A stretch of DNA of 64,000 nt from Oopsacas minuta. Taxonomy: Eukaryota > Animalia > Porifera. The translations under genes and the position numbers were made by a program. Shown in pieces: positions 13,029 through 23,868 of this stretch. A model generated the notes under the pieces. The model saw only the letters and a program-made list of their open reading frames with translations, was not told where the DNA came from and did not search any database. Each line of letters starts with the position of its first letter. The first letter of the stretch is position 1. The stretch spans positions 186,001-250,000 of the forward strand of contig JAKMXF010000320.1 in NCBI GenBank assembly GCA_024704765.1, written 5' to 3'.

Positions 13029-14284
13029 ATTATAATAGCTAGGAATCACTCAATTTTGAGGCTCGGACGGCCTCGGAGAAATAATATGGTAGCTAGATAT
13101 AGAGTACCCCTGGTGGTTTTTGTTTTCCCCAAATTAGATCGCCTTCTAAATACGATATTCAACGTAAGTCAAATAATCATAATCAATGTAATCTAGAATT
13201 TGGAGAAGGAAATCCAATTATCAACACATTACTCAGATAATGTTGTTTAAGCTGGAGGAATTCTTTTTTCCTTGATGGATGCTATTCACTCTTGGATGCC
13301 CTCAACTGTCGTACATTCTCTAAATCCCTAAATAGTAAATACATCAAAAGGAATTTGATGTAGTCAAAGTCTCGAATTGTGAACACCAAGGAACTCAATT
13401 TTTTGTTTATAATAAAGATACTTCACATTAAGCGAGCCCAATTTAATACAAATCCTATAGGAATGATTTCAGGGGGCCACTGACGTACTGGCAGGATTAT
13501 TTTGAATCTAATTATAGATGCTACGAAACAGGTTAATATCTACTGCGGTACGCATTAGATGTTAAAAACAAATATTCTAAAGTGAGAAAACTTATGGCGA
13601 AGGCAAAACCATTTAAATGAACTGTCACGAGGTAACCTATCTCCTGAAGGAGAGTTTTCCTATAGTCGTATATAGAGTAACTTATCCCGTATGAAGGAAT
13701 TTGAGCCGGATTCTCAATATCATATGCTAAATATGTTAGACAACGATTCGAATACGGTTAAATGCGCTGGAACAAAATCGAAAGCATCTTATCCATTAAT
13801 CCAATGTAAATACCCTCGACAACAACTCAAATAGTGCGTGAAAATACACTGGAAAACACAATAGTTTCGGTCTGACATTTAAATATTTGGTTTCAACATC
13901 TACCGCACTAGATGTCAACAGGTTCAGTATAGTAGGCCGTAGATATATATCACCATACTAACTGGATTTTCGTACATGTTTATTATTAAAACCCTAGGCC
14001 TTCTCTTTCGAATATTGTTATTAGCCATAATTGTAAGCACGATCGTAATAGTATTAATTCAATTTCTAAATTAGTTCTTTTAGAAGATAAACATCAGATA
14101 GCATTCCAACAGATGTATATTGGAATATATCAAAAAGTTGTAACTAGAAGTATTGGTCAGGTTCTTTGTGGATTTGTTTCCTCTAATTCAATAATTAAAC
14201 TGAAGTTGAATAGAAGAAAGTATGCTCATTCATTTTTCAATGAGACACAATACGTCGATTGAATTAGAGTGCATACAGTGTGCT

Positions 14285-14758
14285 CTAGTGGAAAAGCATT
14301 TTGGCCCTCTTGGCACTAATCACTTGTTGTGATTTGAGACGACGATAAGCCTCACGTAGATGTTTCGGTTGTAAAGGTCCCACATCATTCCACATATCTT
14401 TAACCATGCAAGCCTCCTCTACAATCTGTCCCACGTAGACTTTAGCTATACCAGCCATTGCTATAACTGCATTCTGAGGGACGGGACATTTACAAAGGTT
14501 CATCATCAACTTCTTAATTGTTCCTTTTGGGAAGGTAGCCCTCCTATAGACTTCATACTGATCTTGCTGCTGACGCGTGAATGCAGAAACTAACACTTGC
14601 ATCTTTATGGTCTTCTCGTCCACTCTGAAGAACTTCTCAAAAGCTCGTTGTCTCGCCTCTTGTTTGGTTAGTACAGCAGAAGTTTGTAGAGAAGAACGAT
14701 TAGTTTCAACTGCAGACCCTTCAATAACTATTTCTGTTTCTTTCTGTTTGGTTGCCAT
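14285..14758 (-). CDS. TAF11: Transcription initiation factor TFIID subunit 11, single exon
   Basis: Histone-fold motifs QQDQYEVYRRATFPK, VIAMAGIAKVYVGQIVEEA and GPLQPKHLREAYRRL. Confidence 0.95.
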   Translation of the reverse strand: MATKQKETEIVIEGSAVETNRSSLQTSAVLTKQEARQRAFEKFFRVDEKTIKMQVLVSAFTRQQQDQYEVYRRATFPKGTIKKLMMNLCKCPVPQNAVIAMAGIAKVYVGQIVEEACMVKDMWNDVGPLQPKHLREAYRRLKSQQVISAKRAKMLFH

Positions 14759-15254
14759 AAAACATACAAACTGTATAATCTATTGGTCCTAAGAAGGAAT
14801 TATGTGTTATTCTATGACAAATGTAAAGTTTGTCAAAACTATATTCTAATTCAGTGATTCTTAACCGGTTTGTCAAGGCATACTTGTGTGCCCCAGAACG
14901 TCGTAAAGTGTGCCATCACAAAATCACTAGCATAGACAAGTTTGTTTAAAATCTTCTCCACCAACTTATCCAGTTGTTGTTAGGTGTATAAAGTAAACAA
15001 AATTCGAAATAGTATCAGAAACTTTGGGTCATTGGTTATGCTAGGGTAATCGAGTACGCTGAGTTCGAATTTCGCATTTTCAAATTACTACAATCTAAAT
15101 AATTATGTTGTTCTTATAAATACAATTCAAAGCACGAAGTGCCGAGTTTCATGCAAATACAGTGTTCACAAGCCGCGCAGCACGAGCAAGCGAAGCTGCT
15201 TGTTATCTTTAAATTAACGCCACTATATACATAGAATTGATATTAATGGAACAT

Positions 15255-15833
15255 ACCGAATATTTCTAGGCCAAAAAACGGGGCCTGTGCACATTTCAAG
15301 CCACCTTGAAACTTTTAGTCAAACAAAGCAATAAAATTCTATTTATTCTATTTAAAGATATGTTAGATAATCCAAAGGCGAAGTAATAGAGTATTCAGTA
15401 CAAGTCTTTGTGAGTTCAGAGAATTTTTGATTCGCTACTTCAAGGAAAATACACAAAAATTTTGCATATATTCGATGTCAAAAATGCGCCCTGGAAATCG
15501 GGAATTCAGGGTTGGGTTAAGAAATTTCAGACTGAGAGAACTGTAAAGAACTAAATAGTAAGTCCGAAGACCGTGCAAGTCATTCTGGGAGAAAAAGTTC
15601 TGAAGAATGTAATGGGAAATTTGCTCTAAAAATCCAAAAATGGAAAGATTTTTATGGTGTTCATCGAGAACATAAGCTCTAATCCTCTTAAACTTTTCAA
15701 CCTACGATAATAATAGTTTGTATTCTTCTTGTACGCCATTTCAGCTCTATAACTATAGGTTTTGTTAATTTCTCCTAAATATTACGCACATTCGAAGCTA
15801 ATTGTTCGGGCCCGGTTATTTTGGCCCACCCTG
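15255..15833 (+). mobile_element. Degenerate Tc1/mariner-type remnant
   Basis: Right end TTTTGGCCCACCCTG-TA, a degenerate left TIR, and an HTH-like fragment (APWKSGIQGWVKKFQTE) near 15480-15540. Left boundary approximate. Confidence 0.45.
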
Positions 15834-16086
15834 TATATTGAGGAACTGGTAATGAGCTACATCATTGAATCTAGGAAGTTGTTAAATATTTAAGAGATCT
15901 GTTAAATTTGCTGAGAATGTCTCGACCTATCAAATTAAATCTAACAGATAAACTTTAAGTATTAATTCAAATAAAATACCACTCGAATAAATATATAACT
16001 TTGTAAGATAGTTAATGAAGTGAATTAGAGTGGTGTGATGCATGGAACCACTATTTGAGTGATTTAATCGTCCATATGTAAATATA

Positions 16087-16243
16087 CAGATAACCCTCGT
16101 CGTTCGCATTTATTAGCACTGTTTGTGTATAAATTAAGGAACATAGCCCCACTATTCTCATTATATTATAGTCTTCCGTTCGCGAACTCTTCATTCTCAG
16201 CAATTTCAAGAACGTAACCCCCGCGAAGGGCGAAGGAGTTCTG
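16087..16243. mobile_element. Tigger-like MITE; related copy near 19040-19185
   Basis: TA-CAGATAACCCTCGTCGTTCGC ... GCGAAGGGCGAAGGAGTTCTG-TA imperfect TIRs. Confidence 0.55.
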
Positions 16244-16763
16244 TATCAATTTTATAATCACGATTCATATTGCAGAATAAATTATACGGTATAATTCCGG
16301 ATATCCAACCTGTGGATAACAGAGCTCAGTTAAGCCACCAAAACATTTACCTACTAGGTTCTACTATCATCAAAGATAGTAAAGTGAAATCGAAGTAAGA
16401 TTATGGCTAATAGCGACCAAAAGAAAATTTGGAGGCTTAGTTCGCGAGGTAAGCATTAACAAATATTGATAATATTTATCACTGGCGACTACAGATATAA
16501 TTGACGTCATTTTTGGTCAAGTTGATTTTCTATGGCCAATTGACTTGATCAAGCGTGGCGAATGGCCAACAAGTGCTATAAAGAATTAAATTACAAATAA
16601 TCTAAATGCATTGTTGTAAATTATAATGGTTACTTGGTTAGTATATTATTAGTATAGTTGCAATAGAGAGTGTACAAGATACATTCAAGAAATAATAATT
16701 ACTTGTGAATGCAGACAGATATGTGCAGATAGGATAAAATATACATTATGAATATATCAAATA

Positions 16764-18005
16764 TCACAAGATTGATTTAATCTCAACTTGAGAGGCACTA
16801 ATCATTATAAAGTCTCGCAACATTTTATTCGTTCTTACCGGAGAGATGCGATGTGCGAAAGATAGTACAATACCTAAATCTTCATCTCGCTCCAACAGCA
16901 AATCTTGTTTCAACTGTGAGAATAACAGACCTGGGTCGTGATCTCCAGGAGATTCGAACTCTCTCAAATAACCTTCGAAGGAGAGAAGAGCAAAAGCCTT
17001 CTTCATCAAGACACGAATAAAGTCTCTTATGTATAGTTCTCTAATAGCAACAATGTTAGGAAGAAAGTCTAGCTCCAGGAAGAAGTCTTTGATTAGGATA
17101 GCTCGTTTTCTTACCTTAATGAAGGCCTCTGGTGCTTTGTTATTCTTACCAATCCGACCTGCCTGAAACACATACACATAATTGCTGTCTAGGTCAATGA
17201 GGGTGACACGCTCCTTCGAGTGACGTACTATCTGCTCTTTGCATGTATCAATATTAGAGAATGCCTGTAGATAGTAGTAGGAGTGATAATCGAGGTGTTC
17301 TCCTGAGAAGAGGTGAGTGAGAGGTCTGTCTTCATCCAGCATGAAGTAAGAGAGGGTGTGTAACATGGAGCGGACATGACGTGTGTTCTTGCCACACACG
17401 ACTGTACGTCCTCCAGTGAGCAGATGCGAGCCACAACATCTGTGAAGGAATTTATCTGAAGAGAGTTTTCTGTTTAACAAAGTATCTTCCATACTTAGAG
17501 GTACATAATGGTAGCGAATACGTATAAACTCTGGCATAATGTGCAGCAACAGCTGATACATCCCAGTAACCCTATTCCCAATAGGATTGATAGCAAACCG
17601 ATCTCTGATGATGTCACAGAAAGTTGAATGCAGCGGTGTATACAAGGAGAGCTGAGAAAGGGGGAATAGGAAGGATAGAGAGTATACGTCAGACATCTGT
17701 AGGAATATTGCTGATAGAGTTATGAGATTAAACTTTGGAAAAATATAGAATTTTAGCTCAATCGATTCTTCTGTAGTTAGTCTCCAAACTTCTCCATTCA
17801 GAATATGATTAGAAATGTAAATCAAACTATCAGAGTCATGAACTAGCTCGGTAGAAATTTCTGACCGCCACACCTTTAAAACTTTAGGACCACATAAATT
17901 ATCCCATTTAGCGAACTTAATTACCGAGAAAAAGTGGTCTACATCTTTCTGGAATAGTGTTGAAGTGTCTAACAGGGGTTTTGTGGTCTCACCGTTTAAG
18001 GCCAT
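16764..18005 (-). CDS. C9orf72: C9orf72 orthologue (longin/DENN-like subunit of the C9orf72-SMCR8 complex), single exon, 413 aa
   Basis: FAKWDNLCGPKVLKVW...ISNHILNGEV...IELKFYIF...YSLSFLFPLSQLSLYTPLH matches the N-terminal longin region of human C9orf72 as recalled (FAYWDNILGPRVRHIW...LANHTLNGEI...YGLSIILPQTELSFYLPLH). Confidence 0.9.
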   Translation of the reverse strand: MALNGETTKPLLDTSTLFQKDVDHFFSVIKFAKWDNLCGPKVLKVWRSEISTELVHDSDSLIYISNHILNGEVWRLTTEESIELKFYIFPKFNLITLSAIFLQMSDVYSLSFLFPLSQLSLYTPLHSTFCDIIRDRFAINPIGNRVTGMYQLLLHIMPEFIRIRYHYVPLSMEDTLLNRKLSSDKFLHRCCGSHLLTGGRTVVCGKNTRHVRSMLHTLSYFMLDEDRPLTHLFSGEHLDYHSYYYLQAFSNIDTCKEQIVRHSKERVTLIDLDSNYVYVFQAGRIGKNNKAPEAFIKVRKRAILIKDFFLELDFLPNIVAIRELYIRDFIRVLMKKAFALLSFEGYLREFESPGDHDPGLLFSQLKQDLLLERDEDLGIVLSFAHRISPVRTNKMLRDFIMISASQVEIKSIL

Positions 18006-18053
18006 TATCTACAATGATAAACTAAATAATTTTAAAATAGTTATAACCAACAA

Positions 18054-18467
18054 TCTATATTATGAAATCTCAATTGCTGTTTGCTTGTTAGTCTGTTGTC
18101 AAGGAAAGGATTTATGGTATGCAATTTTGAAATTGTCGCAAAACTATGTATTAATCGTGTTTATCAAGGAAGTAAATAGAATTCAATAAACTCCACTAAA
18201 TAGATGAAACATGCTGAATCCGATTTTCACACTTTTGATTAATCATATGCAAATTTATTGTTGTTTTTATGAATATAAAGTAAACAAATATTAAAATTGA
18301 GGTAGAATCATACTTTCTACGACTATACTGGGGTAATCGAGTATGCTGAGCCTGAATATTGTAAACAACATCAATATTATTAAATCTCAATTGTTGTTTG
18401 TGTGTTTGTTGAATACTTCGAGGCGCAATGCGATGAGTTAATCGCGAAGCGACGAGCCAAAGGCTCG
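18054..18467 (+). mobile_element. Non-autonomous Helitron (CTCG-end family)
   Basis: 5' A|TCTATATTATGAAATCTCAATTG; 3' hairpin ACGAGC-CAAAG-GCTCGT ending CTCG|T. Paralogues at 50169-50640 and 57066-57518. Confidence 0.65.
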
Positions 18468-18719
18468 TTAATAATAAACTCAAGAGCATAAAGTTTAGTG
18501 TGGTTAAAAGATGCATTTTAATATGTAAGTACACTGGCGTAGCAAGGAGATGGCTGCAGGCTAAAGCCACACCAAAAAATCGAAAATTACAAACTGTGCA
18601 AACAGCTTAGCATATCGAATAAATTTGATTAAAGTGTCACTATCCAATTATTAGAGCCACAGAATTAGTAAATTTAATTAATATATCAACCAGTCGGCGA
18701 GATTGAAATCTAATAGGTA

Positions 18720-18790
18720 AGGCGTGATTGGAATTCGAACCCAGGACATCAGGTTACTAGTGGATGATCTTGCCAACTAGCCTATTGAAA
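18720..18790 (-). pseudogene. tRNA-Thr(AGT)-derived pseudogene or SINE head
   Basis: Minus strand GGCTAGTTGG (A box), CACT-AGT-AAC anticodon loop and CCTGGGTTCGAATTCC (B box/T arm). The 5' acceptor strand does not pair with 3' TCACGCC, so it is not a functional tRNA. Confidence 0.55.
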
Positions 18791-20087
18791 CACACAAATG
18801 AACTACGAAATCCCAAATATAATGTCTTTTCCACAGTAAAATAGCAAGAAAAACATATAACCACAATAAAGAGGCATAATCAACTAATTCGAAGGAAATT
18901 CCCATCAATAAGAAAATAAAAACAAAATACACACACCCTGATTCACAGTATTTACCTGAAGTTAGCATAACAATACAATACCTTGATTGAGTAATTCTCT
19001 GTGATACATAAGTAATCCTATTATTGATATTGATTGTATTTTAGTAGCACTGTTTGTGTATTATTTTGAAATTAAGCAACCTAACCCCAATATTCTCGTT
19101 AAACTATAGTCTTTCTGTTCGTGATTTCGTCATTCGCGGCTATTTTCAGGAACTTAACCTCCGCGAACGGCGAGGGATACCTGTAGTTATAATATATACG
19201 AGCCGCTTCGCATGAACTAGACACTTCGTGCCTCTAATTTTTCATAAGAACAACTATTATTTAAATATGAGCACCTTGAAAGTGCTAAATTCGGAATCAG
19301 CACGGCGTACTCTATTACTCCAGATGACCGTTGGAACCAAGTTTCCAAGACTATTTAGAAATGTTTACTTAACATCTACTTAATAGAAATATTAAAATGC
19401 GAAATTCGGATTCAGCGTACTCGAATACCCATGTATAGACGTTAAGATCAGGTCTCTACGATTATATGATATTTCAATCATTTGTTTACTTAATATTCAT
19501 AAAAAAAACAATAAATTTACATATGAGAAACTTGAAAATGCGAAATTTGGATTCAGAGTACTTTGTTACCCAATTGTAACCGTTAAGGGCAAATCTCTAC
19601 CCTTATTTCAAGATATATGCAAAACAGTATAAATATGATTAATCATGTGAGAACTCATATAGTTATAGAGTTGAAAATGTTAGAATTTCTATACTCGATC
19701 AAACAGTTAAAACCAAATTAATAGGATCGTATTGAAGGTACACCAAAAGTGAAATTTGATTAATCATATGATAAATCATGGAAATATAGATTTGAAAAAC
19801 GTCAAAATTGGAATTCTCACACTAGATAACCCGAGATACAAATCTCAGACCCAAAATGTATATGTATACCGATTTTCATGCAAATCGGACTGCTAGATTT
19901 CGCACGGCCGCGCGGACGGACGGACGTCGCACATCGTCCATGCCATTAGGACATCTCTTCATAGGAACTGCACTAAAAACGGCGGGTAAATTAGAACGTA
20001 TACGGTACATGAGTTATATTTCATATCATCGCCATATTAAAATATTCGTAATATATAATTAAAAATAAAAAGATATAAAAGCAACAA

Positions 20088-22148
20088 TTATAAAGTATCA
20101 CTAACAACATCCTCATAAGAGGAATTAATACACAGCTGAGAAAGCTTACAAGGCATTCCATCACTGCTACGGGAGTAGTATTGGTAAAGTTCTTGTAATT
20201 TAGGAAACCTAGGTCCGTAGTCTATACTAAATGATGCATTATGAACAGTTCCATGGTTTATAATAATGTAATGGTAGAACTTGTATTGGTATATCATAGT
20301 CAAAACAAAGCTACCCTTGTTTGATGTGCTCTCACGGATTAGAAATGTGCCATCAGTTCCTCCTACTGAAGTTATACGAGCAGCTGATTCGTTCTTAGTA
20401 ATAGCACCATGGAACCAGGGATTGGTAACCGTCTCTGTAGTATTTGTAAGAATGTCAGTGTTATGTGATACATTAATCCGTGATTGTTCCGTAGGAATAA
20501 CCTTATCAGCTTTTCTTACAGAAAAAATGTCAACCATTGGATCTATTGGAGACAGACTAGGTTGATGTACTACGTTGCGTTTATGACCTGTTAACCTCTG
20601 ATCTGAGTTAAGCATTTCAATGTCATTACATTTAGTGTTTATTTTGGTGATGAAATGATCGGGTTCTGGCAATACATTAGCTGTAGTGTATTTATCTTTA
20701 AGAGTAACTGAGGGAGAAATCGGAGTTAATTTCACCTGAGTTTGAGAGTTATGACTAGATATAGTTGTAGCATCTTTCTTCCCTCTTCTCATTACTTCAA
20801 GCTTACACACTTTGTCACTCATTGAGACGAAGTTGTGCCTCAGAAGTGCTCCGCCCTCCTTTGCTAGCCGTATCCCTGCTATCCAAGAGAACATCACCCT
20901 CTTGCTTGTGGCAGAGAAACATTTTAGATCTTCCCAGCCTATTTTCTTCTTGAGAGGTTTAAGTACAAAGCAATACTCGTAAGGAGCGTTAATGGTTTTC
21001 TTATAATTAGCTGCTATATATACAGTGTAGTTGTTGATAGAGCAGAGAAGAGAGAGGTGTTTCTCCTGTCGACACTTACCAGATCTAGAAAAGTAGAGAC
21101 CAGAAGCTCTGAGCTCAAAGAACTTTTGTTTCCAATTCCTCTTCCCGTCTCTGAGGAATAGATCACCCCTCAACTCAGGAACAGAGTATATATCAGACAA
21201 GTATCCGTCAATTATCAGCTTCCTAGCACTCTCTACTCTAGCATCTAGAGGGTCCTCTGTCTGCTGAATGGGTAAGCACAGCTGTGCAGGAAAGTACTCG
21301 TAGCTCCGATGGAAAAGATCATATTTGTAGTTATCCTCCTTAAGAATAAGGAGACTCTGTTGGGAAAGCAACTCTGTATATGTGTTAGCTACTATTTCGT
21401 GATCTTCTAACATCCTCTGTAAAGAGAATTGAGAATTGACTTCAATGAGACCCCAGTTGGGAGAATCAACGAGTTCATGTTGCAAGATCAGCTGATGAGT
21501 TACATACCAAGACTGCATACTATTTTCAATCTCTATAGACATGGAGCTAACCATATCAGTTCTGAATACTTGTATCACAATCAGCTGTTTCTTGGTTGTT
21601 TTACTCTCGTGGATATCAGCTGTATTTTTTAACCTCAAATCCTGATTTAATTCATTATCCAGTTCAGAATTTAACTCTTCTAACTGTTTCATGATGTCAT
21701 CTGCTCCACTCTCTGTATATTCGTTAGTTTGAAATGATTTGTATATGGGAAAAGAGTTGGAAAGAATATCGTGGTTGATGGGATTAACTATATTTTCATT
21801 ATCCTTAATCTGAGCAAATTCCTTTGTATCAAATGAATTTTGGGTGGAATTTTCTACCAGAAAATCAGGTTTCCAAATTTCATATTTGAGATCATTTCTC
21901 TCCCCTGAACTATTCTGTTTGTTAGAAGCTGACAGATTTAACCTAGAGGCATAGCATAACAATTTCTTACGATGTCCGGCTAATTGCACCCCAATTTGCT
22001 CAAGATCTTCCGAACTGATATTCCATAGACAATCTAAATCTTCATAACCATTCTCCTGAAAGATTGTAGAGTATTGACTCAATCCGAATGAAGTAAGCCA
22101 TTCGGTTATAGTTGAGGGATATTTACCAAATTGTGATTGAGGTTCCAT
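20088..22148 (-). CDS. Grb7/Grb10/Grb14-family adaptor with extra N-terminal SAM domain (SAM-RA-PH-SH2), 686 aa, single exon
   Basis: SAM: EWLTSFGLSQYSTIFQENGY...GHRKKLL. RA: NWGLIEVN...QRMLEDHE. PH: WKQKFFELRASGLYFS...WIAGIRLAK. SH2: PWFHG...GTFLIRES. Confidence 0.88.
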   Translation of the reverse strand: MEPQSQFGKYPSTITEWLTSFGLSQYSTIFQENGYEDLDCLWNISSEDLEQIGVQLAGHRKKLLCYASRLNLSASNKQNSSGERNDLKYEIWKPDFLVENSTQNSFDTKEFAQIKDNENIVNPINHDILSNSFPIYKSFQTNEYTESGADDIMKQLEELNSELDNELNQDLRLKNTADIHESKTTKKQLIVIQVFRTDMVSSMSIEIENSMQSWYVTHQLILQHELVDSPNWGLIEVNSQFSLQRMLEDHEIVANTYTELLSQQSLLILKEDNYKYDLFHRSYEYFPAQLCLPIQQTEDPLDARVESARKLIIDGYLSDIYSVPELRGDLFLRDGKRNWKQKFFELRASGLYFSRSGKCRQEKHLSLLCSINNYTVYIAANYKKTINAPYEYCFVLKPLKKKIGWEDLKCFSATSKRVMFSWIAGIRLAKEGGALLRHNFVSMSDKVCKLEVMRRGKKDATTISSHNSQTQVKLTPISPSVTLKDKYTTANVLPEPDHFITKINTKCNDIEMLNSDQRLTGHKRNVVHQPSLSPIDPMVDIFSVRKADKVIPTEQSRINVSHNTDILTNTTETVTNPWFHGAITKNESAARITSVGGTDGTFLIRESTSNKGSFVLTMIYQYKFYHYIIINHGTVHNASFSIDYGPRFPKLQELYQYYSRSSDGMPCKLSQLCINSSYEDVVSDTL

Positions 22149-22742
22149 CCAATATTAGAAGTTAATAATTACTCCACAGTTTAAGTGAAATGAGGGATAG
22201 TGCCAGGCTTGATATCTAATTTATATAATGTATTATGAATAAATACTAAATTAGTTAATACGTCTGTAAGTAGACACAAATATAATATGGATGGACAAAT
22301 TAGACTTACAAATAAGGGAACATATTTTATTGCTATCCATGGTATAACTTACATACACTAATTAAACAAAGATCTCAATTGTCTATTTGTCTGTGCTCAA
22401 GGAAAGGAATGGTCATAGCAGGCTATGGGGATACTATTTTGAATTCGAATTTCGTATTTCGGAGATATCACATCAATATGTTGTTATGAAAAATCAGTAG
22501 AAATTGACAAATTTATCTCATAAACTAAACCCCATTATCACATTGGAATTAAATATCATATGTAAATTTATCGTATGTGTATTTACGTATTCTCTACATA
22601 CAGAGAGCAGTAGTGTTTTCACTTCACTTCCGCTAGCCCATTCGCCATTCTTTGGAAAGCCCGAATATTTTGAAAATAGCACATGTAAGAAAGTATGTAT
22701 AATGTGTTACTTCTATAAGTATACATACAAGAGAGTTAGGTA

Positions 22743-23217
22743 CAGTAGAACCTCTATAAGTGGGGAGGTCGGGTCAGCGAATCTCCTGATAACTCCCATT
22801 CCCATTTATAATTTAAAATTCAAATGTTCTTTAACCAGAGATTATTTAGTCAAACGTATAGTCACTTCCTCCAACGATTGTTTTTCAATTATTTGATAAT
22901 TCTAATATGTCTTAAGGTTGTTGGTTGAAATTACACAAAATTATAAGAAATTTTTTACTGAGAAATCAAAGATTTGTTTCATCATAGCGACAATTATGTG
23001 TATTTTCCAAGTCTTGCTCAAGAATTGAATATTCAAGAAATTTTATCGCAGTATTCCCCACTTATAGAGGTAAATTTCAATGGCATAAGACATAATTACC
23101 TCTAAAGTATGCCCATTCCCTACTTCCCACTTAAAGAGGTTAGTTTCTATTGAAATAAATGAATATGGACCAAAAGGTTCCACATTTACAGACACCTCAC
23201 TTATAGAGGTTGCACTG
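22743..23217. mobile_element. pogo-like MITE, 475 bp
   Basis: TIR CAGT(AG/GC)AACCTCTATAAGTG with TA at both flanks. Confidence 0.8.
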
Positions 23218-23790
23218 TACTTTGAATATGACCTAGTATACAAGCCCATTAGTCATAATTATTGATTGTGAAGTGTTTGATAAGGACTTGGGCTTGAGCC
23301 CCTTTAGAAAGGCTTGGGCTTAGGCTTAAGGCCTTTATAAAGGGCTTGACCCCATGCTTGCCGGCAGGCGACGGGCGGCTCGGTCCGCACTGTCCCTGAC
23401 CCACCGGTATATAACCAGGAAATGCTGCGCATCATGGAAGAGTATCAACAAAATTACAAATATATCTGCAGCAAAGAAACTAAATGCAAATAGGAAAGGA
23501 AAACAAAACATATCTCTACGATATTATTCGAATAGTGGCTAACGAATCCTATGTCAGTGTTCCATGGACCTAGATAGATGTTAATGGTACTTGAATAAAG
23601 CACCATTACTTCCTTGCTTCCTCATACCTAAATATTGATATACTCTTACGATTTTTATCCCTCCCTGGGAAATATTGTTAAATGAAACCTGTCAATTTAA
23701 TGCTAAATATTTTCACTAACAGGAAACTTATCTAAATAGAAAGATTATAGATCTTTCGCATAAATCTAAATAACAAGTTCTCAACAGCAA

Positions 23791-23868
23791 CTACTTCGCT
23801 CTCTTCCTGTTTCGTCTCCGCTTAGCCTTCAGTCTGCGCATACGTTTCTTTCTCCATTTCTCTCTCAT
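23791..23868 (-). CDS. RPL41: Ribosomal protein L41 (eL41/eS32), copy A, 25 aa MREKWRKKRMRRLKAKRRRNRKRAK; below the ORF-track cutoff
   Basis: ATG...TAG ORF of 26 codons matching the conserved MRAKWRKKRMRRLKRKRR pattern. Confidence 0.93.
   Translation of the reverse strand: MREKWRKKRMRRLKAKRRRNRKRAK

Noticed and set aside
13200-13850. Coding-like plus-strand fragments
   Set aside because: Interrupted by stops, with no recognisable domain or consistent splice pattern.
18720-18790. Functional tRNA-Thr gene
   Set aside because: The acceptor stem cannot pair and the anticodon stem is imperfect; kept only as a pseudogene or SINE head.
18777-18968. Hydrophobic 63-aa ORF
   Set aside because: Hydrophobicity follows from T-rich composition; it overlaps the tRNA-like repeat and has no motif.
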